64,000 nt of DNA from an uncultured Acidobacteriota bacterium (GTDB lineage: Bacteria; Acidobacteriota; Thermoanaerobaculia; Thermoanaerobaculales; Thermoanaerobaculaceae): assembly GCA_963751245.1 (NCBI GenBank), contig CAVVTR010000003.1:15929-79928 (forward strand). The letters run 5' to 3'. Position numbers and translations under genes: made by a program. Below are positions 45,771 through 56,466 of the stretch, piece after piece; the stretch's first letter is position 1, and the number at the start of each line of letters is the position of its first letter. Below the pieces are notes generated by a model. That model was not told the origin of the DNA. It did not search any database and was given only the letters and a program-made list of their open reading frames with translations.

Positions 45771-45951
45771 CGCCCTGTCGATCCCGCCGGCGCGCAGCGC
45801 CGTGGTGGTCGCCGCGTCGACGGCGCCGCGGACCCAGACCCGCTGATCCAGCTCGCGCCCCTCGCCCGCCGCCGCCGAAGGCTGCGAGCAACACCGTGAC
45901 GATCAAATCCCCAGCGTGCCAGCCGACCCATTCCAGCATCGTAGCAGAGGG

Positions 45952-48900
45952 TCATCCGCCCTCCCCCTCCTCGAGCCGGAGCGGCAGCGTCATCCGCACC
46001 TCCAGCCCGTTGCCCGTGTTGCGGGCCTCGACGCGCCCGCCGCCCCGCACCGCCACCCCGCGAACCACCGCGAGGCCCAGCCCCGAGCCCTCGCTGGTGG
46101 TCGAGAAGTGCGGCTCGAAGAGCCTGCTGAGGTGCTCGTCGGGGACCCCGCCACCGGTGTCGCGCACGGTGAGGTCCACCTCCGCGCCGCGCTCGGCCAC
46201 CACGATCTCGATGGCCCCGCCCCGGGGCGCCAGCGCGCGGGCGCTGTTCTCCAGCAGGTGGCGCAACGCCCGCCGCAGCCACGTGTCGTCCGCCATCACC
46301 CGCCCGGCGCCGTCGGCCCGCACGGAGAGGGCGATGCCGCGCTGGTCGAGCACCGAGTACTCCGCGGCAACCTCGGCGGCGAGCCGGGCCATCTCCACCG
46401 GCACCGGATCCCAGCGCTCCAGCGCCACGAGGTTCGAGAAGCCCTGGGCGACCTCGCGGAGGTGCTCCGTGCGCTCGAGGATCTGCTCCGCCGCCATGCG
46501 GGCGACCGCCACCAGGTCCTCGGGGGTCCGTCCCAGCGCGGCCTGGAGCTCCTCCGCCCACAACCGGATCGGCGTCAGCGGGTTCTTCACCTCGTGAGCC
46601 ACGATGCGGGCCAGGTTCGCCAGCGATGCGAGGCGCTCGGCCCGCGCCACCTCGGACACGTCCTCCATCACCATGAGCAGCCGGTCCGGCATCGCCGCCA
46701 GCGGCAGGACCGTCACCTGCCACACCGACTCGGGGGCGTGCGCGGGACGCATGGCATCCGCCGCGCCGGCACCTCCCCTCGCCCGCTCCATGAGGCTCTC
46801 CAGGGGCTCCCCGAAGGCGGCCCTCAGCCCCTCCAACCCCTCTCCCCCGCCCAGGAGCCGGCGGGCCGCCGGGTTCGCGAGCTCCGCCGTCCCCCCCCGG
46901 TGTCGGTGACCACCACCGCGGCGGACAGCGTTCCCAGCACCGTCTCCAGCAGGTCGCGCTCGCGGCGCAGCTCCTCCTCGCGGCGCTGCACCGTCCGGGC
47001 CATGGTGGCGAACCCCCGCGTCAGCACGGCGATGTCCTCGTCGGCGGAGGACGGCAGCGCCTCCTCCACCGGCTCGCCCCGCTCCAGCCGGCGGGCGGCG
47101 GCGACCAGGTCGCGCAGGGGCCGTCCCATGCGCCGCCCCAACCGCTCGGCGGCGGCGACGGCGACCAGCAGGCCGAGCAGGCCGGTGACCACGAACCACT
47201 CGGCGGGCGACGCGCTTCCCGCCAGTGCCCCGAGGCGCAGCCCCGTGATGCCGGCCACCGTGGGATCCTCGGTGTGGGGCACCGGGGCGTACACGCTGGC
47301 CACGTCGTCGCCGCGCACCACCGGCTCGTACCAGCCCCGGACCGCGCGCACGTAGGACTGCTCGGGCGGCATCCAGGGGACCACGCCGCGGACGACCAGG
47401 TCGGGCCGGGTCGAGCTGACCACGGCGCCGGCCCGGTAGACGCTGAGCACGCCCCCCATCTCGCGCACCCGCCAGATCAGCTCGTCCTGCCAGCTCGGAC
47501 GCGCCACCGGCTCGCTCAGCACCCGGGCCAGCTCGAGACGGCTCCCCTGCTGCTGTCGCGACCACTGCACCGGCAGCAGGTAGGCCAGGAGGAGCACCGG
47601 CGTGACGGTGGTGGCGACCAGGAGCAACCGGAGCCTGCCGGTGAAAGTGCGCCGCTGGCGCCACCAGTCCTGCCACAGGCGGCGGTTCGCCCATCCCCCT
47701 ACCGGCAACGCCGCCCACAGGGCCAGCGCCGCCAGGAGCAGGGCGACCTCGGGGACCGGCAGCACCACCCAGGGCACCGCAACCACCGTGTCGCCCCACG
47801 CCCTCAGGTAGGCCGGCAGGATGCGCTCGCCCACGGCCACGCGGCCCCAACTCCTCCCCGCCGCCAGCGCGCGCCCGACGCGGTCCGGCGACAGCGGCCG
47901 GAAGGTGCCGCCGCGGCTCACCGGAGCGCCGGACCGGTTGAACACCGCCACGGGGCCGGCGAAGCGCTCGGCGCCCATGGCGGCGAGCACGTCCTCCGGC
48001 GGCGGCCGGACCAGCACGGCGATGCGCCACCCCCCGGAGAGCGTCCTCGACGCCAGCTCCTGCAGCGAGTCCGAGGGGCCGGCCGCCTCGCCCCAGGTGG
48101 TGGACGTCTGCCCGGCCGGATCCACGAGCACCAGCGAGCACCCCGGGAGGGCCGCGGAGAAGCCCACCCACGAGGCGAGGCGGCCGAGCACCACGAGCTG
48201 CTCGGTAGGCTGGAGCTGGACCAGGTCCTCGAGCGCTCCGTCGGGCAGCGAGGCGAGGAGCGTGCGGGCCGGCGCCCCCATCCCCTCCAGGCTGGTCAGG
48301 GTGGCGTCGGTGGTCGCGACCAGGGTGCTGCGCGCCAGGGCGCCGTCGCTGCCCACGAGCACCGCCGCCGCCGCCACGGCGGCCAGGGCTGCCCGCCCCC
48401 GCCGGGGCAGCCCCCACAGGACGACCAGCGCCGTGCCGGCGCCCAGCACCGCCGGCTCCGCCCGCAGCACCCCCGCGGCGAGGACCAGCCAGCCGAGCGC
48501 GGCCAGCGGCCACGGCGGCCGCGACGCCGGCGGTGCCAGCCGGCCGAGGAGCAGGGCGAGGGTGAAGACCAGCGCCCAGGTGAGCAGCCCGGGCCACAGC
48601 AGGTTGGCGGGCATGCCCGGCAGCCCGAGCCGGGCCGACACCCCGGGCAGCAGCCACGCGGCGGTGCCCGCCGCGGCCGCTGCGGGCGCGCGCAGGAGCC
48701 AGGCGGCGGGGGCGCGCTCCGCCAGCCACGACAGCACCGCGAAGGCGAGCGCCACCAGCCAGCCGCGGGAGAGCCACGGCCCGGCGAGCAGCGCGGCGGG
48801 CGCCGCGCCCAGCAGGGCGGCGCCCCAGGGCACCGCCCCGGTCACGGCCAGCAACGCGGCCATCAGCGCCAGCGCGGCGGCCGGGGTGCTCCAGGGCACC

Positions 48901-49601
48901 GGTGTGGCCGGCCGGACCTCGAGGCCGAGGACGCGGCGGCCGGAGGGGCCGGCGAGGTCGCTCCCGCCGGTGAGGAGGGGCGCGATCACGGCGGCCCGTC
49001 CGGCGAAGGCGCCCAGCACCTGCCGGGCCCCTTCCTCGGGGATCTCGACGCCGGCCAGGAGCGCGCCGCGCGGCCTTCCCGCCTCGAAGACCGGCTCCCT
49101 CCACCAGATCCAGGTGGCGTCGAGGCCCGGCTCACTGCTCAGGGCGCGCCCGCCCAGGGAGCGGAGGCGCAGGGGAAGGCGGGCCCGGTCCCCCGTCCAC
49201 GCCACCGGGCGGCCGCGCTCGTCCACCAGGATCAGCGAGTCCAGCCGGGCCGGGAGGGTGCGGGCGAGGCGCCGCAGCAGCTCGAAGGGGCGCTCCGGCC
49301 TGGCCTCACCGCCGCCGGTGGCGAGCAGCCGGCGCACCTCCGCGGGGATCGCCGCCAGCCCCTGCTGGACGGCGTCCAGGGTGGCGCTGGCACGCCCGGC
49401 CACCGCCGTCCCTGCCCGGGCCGCCGGCACGACGAGCTCCACGACCAGAACCGCCGCGACCACCGCCGCGGCGGCCGCGGCGAGGGCGCGTCGGCCGCGC
49501 CACGCCAACGCCAGGGCCACCGCCGCCAGGGGCGCGCGCCAGAGCACGGAGGACGGCCCCAGCGCCGGCCAGGGCCCGGCGGCCGCCGCGGCCACCAGCA
49601 C
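45952..49601 (-). pseudogene. NtrY-like sensor histidine kinase (large polytopic N-terminus, HAMP, PAS, HisKA, HATPase_c); frame broken at a C8/G8 homopolymer
   Basis: The N-terminal 900 aa lie in track ORF 46824..49601 (..HAMP..LETVLGTLSAAVVVTDTGG). The C-terminal part lies in the other frame, at the tail of ORF 45952..49104 (TAELANPAARRLLG..IVAHEVKNPLTPI..DTGGGV..GSGLGLA). The switch occurs at the run 46891-46898. This is either a real pseudogene or an assembly error. Confidence 0.8.
46891..46898. repeat. C8 (G8 on coding strand) homopolymer at the frame break of the NtrY-like kinase
   Basis: Sequence ..gctccgccgtCCCCCCCCggtgtcgg... A run of nine (or six) residues would restore VVVTDTGGGTAELANPAARRLLG. 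Confidence 0.9.
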
Positions 49602-49633
49602 CGCGGCGGGGGCCCACCGCGCCGGCCGCGACG

Positions 49634-51343
<1,710 letters not shown>

Positions 51344-51373
51344 CGTAACCCGGCCCAGGGCCCGGGGAAACCC

Positions 51374-52375
51374 TCAGGAGCGCCGCGTCGGGCGCGCCGT
51401 GGCTCCGCGGGCGGCGATGCCGGAAGGGAGGACCCGCGCCCCGGGAGGGGCCGCCGCCACCGCGGCGGTGGCCACCGCCTCCGCGCCGCCGGGCTCGACC
51501 CAGAACAGGACGCTGCCCCCGCCACCCGCCCCGCACGCCTTCCCCGCGAGAGCGCCGGCGGCGCGCCCGGCCTCGAGGATCGATTCGAGCTGCGGGTTGG
51601 ACACCTCGGGAGCCAGCGTCCTTCGGGCGCTCCACTCCGCGGCCACGGCCCGGCCGACGCCCGCCGCGTCGGCGTCGAGGAGCGCGGCCCGGCACCGCCG
51701 CGCCGCGGCGGAGATGGCGTCCAGGGCGGCGGCGGTCCGCGCCTCCCCGTCGACGCGCGCCCGCACCACCTCCCAGTTGACCATGCCCGAATGGTGGGAC
51801 ACACCGGTGTAGACGACCAGGAGCCTCGCCCCGAGCCAGCTCCGGGACACCGCCAGGCGCTCCAGGACCTCGCCCCCGGGCCGGTAGTGGATGCCGAGGA
51901 CGCCCCCCGCCAGCGCCGCCCAGTAGTCCTGGGTGCCCGTGGGCGTGCCCAGCACGCGCGCTTCGAGGTCGCGGAGGAGCGCCACCAGGGCGGCGGGGCG
52001 CAGGCGCCGCCCCACGACGGCGAGGCAGGCCCGGGCCAGCGCCACGGCGAACGCCGACGAGGCGCCCAGGCCGGACCCCACCGGCGGCTGCTCCAGCACC
52101 TCGCAGGCGAGGCCGCCTCCGGGAACGAGGTGGAACCCCACCGCCGCCGCCAGGTGCGTGCCGGCGTCGGCGGGCCCGAGGCGGGCCGGGGCGGAGCCGG
52201 GGGCGGAGAACAGGATTCCGCCGGGCGCCGCGCCACCGGGGGTCACCCGCAGGCGGACGCCGGTCTCGATCGCCGCGTTGACCGTGATGGAGGCGTCGTG
52301 GAAGCAGTACAGCGGCCACAGGTCCAGGGTGCCCCCGGCCAGGTCGACGCGGGCGGGGGCAAAGACCTCAACCAT
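51374..52375 (-). CDS. GHMP-family sugar kinase (HddA/fucokinase-like)
   Basis: Real part of track ORF 51374..52735, from ATG 52375 (MVEVFAPARVDLAGGTLDLWP). GHMP motif II PPVGSGLGASSAFAVALA and motif III KACGAGGGGSVLF. Confidence 0.8.
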   Translation of the reverse strand: MVEVFAPARVDLAGGTLDLWPLYCFHDASITVNAAIETGVRLRVTPGGAAPGGILFSAPGSAPARLGPADAGTHLAAAVGFHLVPGGGLACEVLEQPPVGSGLGASSAFAVALARACLAVVGRRLRPAALVALLRDLEARVLGTPTGTQDYWAALAGGVLGIHYRPGGEVLERLAVSRSWLGARLLVVYTGVSHHSGMVNWEVVRARVDGEARTAAALDAISAAARRCRAALLDADAAGVGRAVAAEWSARRTLAPEVSNPQLESILEAGRAAGALAGKACGAGGGGSVLFWVEPGGAEAVATAAVAAAPPGARVLPSGIAARGATARPTRRS

Positions 52376-53633
52376 CGAACCGGACGGGTGCGCCCTTCTG
52401 CAGCGCGCCGGCCGCTCCGGCGGACAGCGCGCCGGGTGTCTCCAGCAGCGGCAGGACCTCGCCGGCCCAGGCCGCGAAGCGCGGCATCTCCGACCGGGCC
52501 AGGGGAGGCGCCGGATCGTGCGCCAGCGTGAGGGGGTTGACGTGCCGGCCGTCGTGGGTGACCCGGTAATCGAGGTGAGGCCCCGTCGCCAGCCCGGTGG
52601 CGCCCACGTAGCCGACCACCTCGCCCTGCGACACGCGGCTCCCGACCCGCAGGCCGCGCGCGAAGCGGGACAGGTGCAGGTAGCCGGTGACGTAGCCGTT
52701 GGGGTGGCGAAGCTCCACCGTGTTGCCGCCACCACCCTTGCGCCCCCTGAAGACGACCACGCCGTCCGCGGTGGCCATCACCGGTGTCCCCACCGGAGCG
52801 CCGTAGTCGACCCCCCAGTGCGGCATGCGCCGGCCCAGGACCGGGTGCAGGCGGCTCAGCGAGAACCTCGAGGTGATGCGCGTGAAGCGCACCGGCGCGC
52901 GCAGGAACTGCTTGCGCAGCGGGTGCCCCTGGGCGTCGTAGTAGCCCGGTCTGGCGCCTTCCGGGCTGTAGCGCACGGCGGTGAGGCGGCGCCCCGCGTT
53001 GGTGTAGGTGGCCGCCAGGATGGGCCCGTGGTCCACCACCCGGCCGTCGGACAGCACGCGCTCCACCACCAGCTGGAAGGTGTCCCCCTCCCGCACCTCT
53101 CGGTGGAAGTCGATGTCCCACTGGAACAGGTCGGCGAGATCGACGGCCAGCGTCTCGTCCTCGCCGGCCGCGGCCACGGCCTCGAAGAGGCTGGAGCGCA
53201 CCGTGCCCTGCACGACCCAGAGCTCACGCTGGACCGGCCGGGCCTCGCGCCGGGCGGAGACGCCCCCGGGCCCGCTCTGCAGCACCACGGTCTCGCGCCA
53301 GTCCGGCGTCAGCCGCACGGCATCGAGGTTGCCGTGATGGTCGAGGTCGGCCTCCACGCTCAGCCCCACCGGCAGCGAGCGAAGGTCGAGCTGGCTGCGC
53401 GCCGCCCCGACCCACTCCGGCACCTCGGACGCCGCGGCGCCCAGGTGCTCCAGCAACTGGCTCAGGGTCTCCCCCGCGATCAGGGTCGCGTGGCGCATCA
53501 CGCGGGGCAGCGTGAGGGGCTCCACCACCAGGACCGGTGGCCTCTGCTCGCTGCCCGAGGGGCGCGAGACCTGCCACGCGAAGACCAGGATGGCGCAGGC
53601 AAGCAGGACGAACGCACGGTCCGACAGTCTCAT
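52368..53633 (-). CDS. M23 family metallopeptidase (N-terminal anchor, Csd3/OapA-like architecture)
   Basis: HWGVDYGAPVGTPVMATADGVV..GGGNTVELRH.NGY.TGYLHLS..V.QGEVVGYVGATGLATGPHLDY is the LytM/M23 HxxxD and HxH signature. Confidence 0.85.
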   Translation of the reverse strand: MRLSDRAFVLLACAILVFAWQVSRPSGSEQRPPVLVVEPLTLPRVMRHATLIAGETLSQLLEHLGAAASEVPEWVGAARSQLDLRSLPVGLSVEADLDHHGNLDAVRLTPDWRETVVLQSGPGGVSARREARPVQRELWVVQGTVRSSLFEAVAAAGEDETLAVDLADLFQWDIDFHREVREGDTFQLVVERVLSDGRVVDHGPILAATYTNAGRRLTAVRYSPEGARPGYYDAQGHPLRKQFLRAPVRFTRITSRFSLSRLHPVLGRRMPHWGVDYGAPVGTPVMATADGVVVFRGRKGGGGNTVELRHPNGYVTGYLHLSRFARGLRVGSRVSQGEVVGYVGATGLATGPHLDYRVTHDGRHVNPLTLAHDPAPPLARSEMPRFAAWAGEVLPLLETPGALSAGAAGALQKGAPVRFDG

Positions 53634-53682
53634 CGGTCCGCCGCAGGGATGACGTGACCGCAGTTCACGCGGTCATGGTAGC

Positions 53683-53722
53683 AGAAGAAAGGCCCCCCTT
53701 CCCGTACCTCGGGTCGGGGGGC
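53683..53722 (-). terminator. intrinsic terminator downstream of the ECF sigma gene
   Basis: On the minus strand: GGCCCCCCGACCCGAGGUACGGGAAGGGGGGCC (8-bp outer GC stem with a nested CCCG/CGGG stem) followed by UUUCUUCU. It begins 23 nt after the stop at 53745. Confidence 0.6.
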
Positions 53723-53744
53723 CGAGCGCAGCGGGCTGCGCCCG

Positions 53745-54413
53745 TCAGTGGATGTGGTGGGACCCGTGCCGCCGCCCCGCGGCCACCTGCTCCCGGCGCT
53801 CCGCGAAGACGCGGTCCACGTCGAGGTTCTCGGAGCGAAGGCGATTCGGGCGGTGGTGGAGGTAGTTGTACCGAACGCCGAACGACAGAAGCGCCCGTTC
53901 CAGGAGCCGCCGGCCGCGGTAGAGGCGCGACATCACCGTGCCCACGGGGATCGTCAGGATCTCCGCGATCTCCTTGTAGGAGTAGCCCTCGATGTCGGCC
54001 AGGAGCACCACGACCTTGTAGTTGTGCGGCAGCCCCACCAGCGCCCGCCGCACCTCGCTGTCCAGGGAGCTCTCGAGGAGCTCGTCCTCCGGCGTACGCG
54101 CCGCCGAGCTGTTCTTGTTGGCCAGGACGGACTCGAACGTCTCTTCGAGGTCGGCAAAGTCGACTTGCGGGGGGACCTGCTTCCGGCGACGGTACTCGTT
54201 GATGAACGTGTTCTTCAGGATCTTGAAGAGCCACGCCTTCAGGTTCGTGCCGGGTTGAAAGCTCGTGTAGTGGCGGTAGGCCTTCAGGTAGGTCTCCTGG
54301 AGAAGGTCCTCCGCGTCCTCCGCGTTCCTGGTCAGGCGAAGCGCCGTCTTGAACAGCTGGTCACGGTAGGGGAGCTCGCTGGTTTCGAAGTTCCATGACC
54401 CGTTCTCACTCAT
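53745..54413 (-). CDS. ECF-type RNA polymerase sigma factor with ~45-aa C-terminal His-rich extension
   Basis: Start ATG 54413 (MSENGSW). Sigma-2 region [39 protein letters not shown]. Sigma-4 region [38 protein letters not shown]. Tail ..[41 protein letters not shown]. Confidence 0.85.
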   Translation of the reverse strand: MSENGSWNFETSELPYRDQLFKTALRLTRNAEDAEDLLQETYLKAYRHYTSFQPGTNLKAWLFKILKNTFINEYRRRKQVPPQVDFADLEETFESVLANKNSSAARTPEDELLESSLDSEVRRALVGLPHNYKVVVLLADIEGYSYKEIAEILTIPVGTVMSRLYRGRRLLERALLSFGVRYNYLHHRPNRLRSENLDVDRVFAERREQVAAGRRHGSHHIH

Positions 54414-54430
54414 GCTCGCCTCCGAAATCA

Positions 54431-54459
54431 AACGTAGCGCACACGAGACAGCGTGTCAA
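54431..54459 (-). promoter_or_regulatory. putative sigma70-type promoter of the ECF sigma gene
   Basis: Minus strand TTGACA (54454-54459), 17 nt, TACGTT (54431-54436). The -10 ends about 17 nt upstream of the ATG at 54413. This is one of the few lower-GC patches. Confidence 0.4.
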
Positions 54460-54715
54460 TAGCCCGTGAGAAGATTTCTCCATCGCGTTCTGAGAACGTC
54501 CCCCGGAGCGAACCCGCGCGATGAAGACAACCGGTTGTGGCGTCAGAGCTTGAGACGCAGGAAGTGGCGTCGCCGGGCCCACGCGGCGCCCGCGGCCGGG
54601 CTTCCGCGAGGTGAGACGGATCACTCCCTCACCGGCGCCGGGCGCAGACGGACGACGGCCCGGGCCGCCGATTCCTCGACGGTCCGGGCCGCTGAGCTCC
54701 GGGACGCTACCGCGT

Positions 54716-55045
54716 CTACTTTCCGAGAATGATGAACGCGATGAGCAGGGCGTAGATCACCAGCGACTCGATGAACGCCACGCCGATGATCATGGTGATC
54801 CGCACGGGGCCCGCAGCGCCGGGGTTGCGGCCCATGCTGGTGCAGGCGGCGGCGATGGCCTTGGACTGGCCGAAGGCGCCGGCGAAGGCGGCCACGCCCA
54901 GCACGAACGCGGCGCCGATGAACTTCCAGATGTCCCGCATCACGGGGTTCGCCATGACGTCGCCGCCCTGTTCCGCCGCCAGGGCCGGGCCGGCCACCGA
55001 GAGCACCACGAGACCGAGCAGTACGAGCATCAACCTTTTCCTCAT
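54716..55045 (-). CDS. atpE: F-type ATP synthase F0 subunit c, with signal-peptide-like N-terminal extension
   Basis: Hairpin core GAFGQSKAIAAACTSMGRNPGAAGPVRITMIIGVAFIESLVIYALLIAF. The N-terminus MRKRLMLVLLGLVVLSVAGPALA|AEQ looks like a Sec signal. Confidence 0.9.
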   Translation of the reverse strand: MRKRLMLVLLGLVVLSVAGPALAAEQGGDVMANPVMRDIWKFIGAAFVLGVAAFAGAFGQSKAIAAACTSMGRNPGAAGPVRITMIIGVAFIESLVIYALLIAFIILGK

Positions 55046-55076
55046 CGAGCATTCCTCCTTCGAAAGTCTCTGCGTT

Positions 55077-55826
55077 TCAGTGTTCCTCAGCCACGGCCCC
55101 CGCGATGTACACCGCGGTGAGCATGATGAAGATGAACGTCTGGATGGCCGCCCCGAGGATGCCCATGCCCATCATTCCCCAGGGGACGACGAACGGGACC
55201 ATGGCCATGAAGATCCCGGTCGCCGTGTGCTCCGCGAAGATGTTGCCGAAGAGACGGAGGGCCAGGGAGAGCACCCGCGCCAGGTGCGAGATGATCTCCA
55301 GCGGCACCATGAGCGGGAAGAGCCACCACACCGGACCCGCGAAGTGCTTGGCGTAGCGGATCACCCCCTGCCGCTTGATGCCCACCGCGTTGTAGAACAG
55401 GAACGCCGTGATGGAGAGGGCGAACGTGGTGTTGGTGTTGGCCGTCGGGGGCGCAAGGAAGAAGAGCAGGCCGAAGATGTTCGCGAGGAAGATGAAGAAC
55501 GCCAGGGCGGCGATGAACGGGACGAAGTCCCGGCCGCGCCCGTGGCCGACCACGTCCTCGGTCATGCTCCGCAGGCCCGACACCAGCAGCTCGAGGATCT
55601 GCTGCAGCGTCGACGGGCGCTCGATGGAGTAGCGCCGGCGGGCCGCGATGAGCACCACGGCGACCAGGACCACCACGAGGATGGACATGATCACGTGGTC
55701 AGGGAGCCAGGCGGCTTCCTCGAGGGGGAGACCCATGGCCGTCCGCCAGCGCGCCGAGGGCTCTCCGAGGAGCGCGATCAGGAGCGCGTTGACCGGGTGA
55801 AAGAGGAACGAGAACTCGTGTTGCAC
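55077..55826 (-). CDS. atpB: F-type ATP synthase F0 subunit a
   Basis: Conserved LSLALRLFGNIFAEH (essential Arg) and ..QTFIFIMLTAVYI. GTG 55826 is preceded by GGAGGAG. Confidence 0.9.
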   Translation of the reverse strand: MQHEFSFLFHPVNALLIALLGEPSARWRTAMGLPLEEAAWLPDHVIMSILVVVLVAVVLIAARRRYSIERPSTLQQILELLVSGLRSMTEDVVGHGRGRDFVPFIAALAFFIFLANIFGLLFFLAPPTANTNTTFALSITAFLFYNAVGIKRQGVIRYAKHFAGPVWWLFPLMVPLEIISHLARVLSLALRLFGNIFAEHTATGIFMAMVPFVVPWGMMGMGILGAAIQTFIFIMLTAVYIAGAVAEEH

Positions 55827-55833
55827 GTCGCTT

Positions 55834-56202
55834 TCACTCCTCCCCTGCGCGGTCCGGCCGCCCACTGACCCCGGCAGCGGCCAGGGCGACCAGGAAGCAT
55901 CCCAGTCCCCCGACCACAGCCCAGATGCTCACGTGCCTCCGGAGCAGGTAGAGCACCCCGAACAGCAGTGCCCACAGTCCGAATCGCCCCAACAGGATGA
56001 ACACGGCAGCTCGCGAGAACCGGGGCTTCGCGGGCTGGAGGACGCGCAGCAGAAGTCCCTCCAGCCAAAGTGCGTTGATGATACCGACCGCCGCCGTGCC
56101 GGTCAAGACGACCGCGTCCCACCGGTACCCCCCGGCGGCGAGGACGAAACCGGCGAGGCCGGCGAGGGCGAAGCCGATCCCGGCGGCGCGGCGGGCCACC
56201 AC
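55834..56202 (-). CDS. atpI: ATP synthase protein I-like small membrane protein
   Basis: 122-aa, 4-TM ORF immediately upstream of atpB. Its GTG start abuts the preceding stop. The call rests on position and topology; sequence evidence is weak. Confidence 0.55.
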   Translation of the reverse strand: MVARRAAGIGFALAGLAGFVLAAGGYRWDAVVLTGTAAVGIINALWLEGLLLRVLQPAKPRFSRAAVFILLGRFGLWALLFGVLYLLRRHVSIWAVVGGLGCFLVALAAAGVSGRPDRAGEE

Positions 56203-56466
56203 TCAGCGTCCTCCCCCGCGCCGGCTCCCGGCCTCGTCCTCTTCCTTCCCCACCCGCAGGGCCACGCGGATGGCGTTGAGGAAGCCCGCGGCCACGCCGA
56301 TCACCGTCAGGATGTAGGTGAGCCAGGGGCCGCTCCCGAACGCGTCGTCCAGGAGCTTCCCGGCGAAGTAGCCCAGCAGGATGGCGATGGGGAAGGCCAG
56401 ACCCACCGCGGAGGCGTCCGCGAGGCGACGGGCCGAATCCGCCTGCTCCCGCCGCCGGCCCTTCAC
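56203..56466 (-). CDS. AtpZ/ATPase_gene1-like small membrane protein
   Basis: ADASAVGLAFPIAILLGYFAGKLLDDAFGSGPWLTYILTVIGVAAGFLNAI matches the AtpZ two-TM pattern. GTG 56466 overlaps the nuoN stop (GTGA). Confidence 0.6.
   Translation of the reverse strand: MKGRRREQADSARRLADASAVGLAFPIAILLGYFAGKLLDDAFGSGPWLTYILTVIGVAAGFLNAIRVALRVGKEEDEAGSRRGGGR

Noticed and set aside
45952-49104. 1050-aa minus-strand ORF read as one protein
   Set aside because: Only its C-terminal ~310 aa (PAS-HisKA-HATPase) are real. The upstream part is the wrong frame of the kinase, whose true N-terminus is in ORF 46824..49601.
54640-54715. Terminator after atpE (GC stem CGGCCCGG..CCGGGCCG on the minus strand)
   Set aside because: The loop is ~18 nt and no U-tract follows. 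Evidence is too weak to call.
54716-56466. N-type (Na+) ATPase operon
   Set aside because: The gene order atpZ-atpI-atpB-atpE is the start of a conventional F-type cluster. The N-ATPase order begins with atpD-atpC-atpQ-atpR and includes F1 genes, none of which are present.
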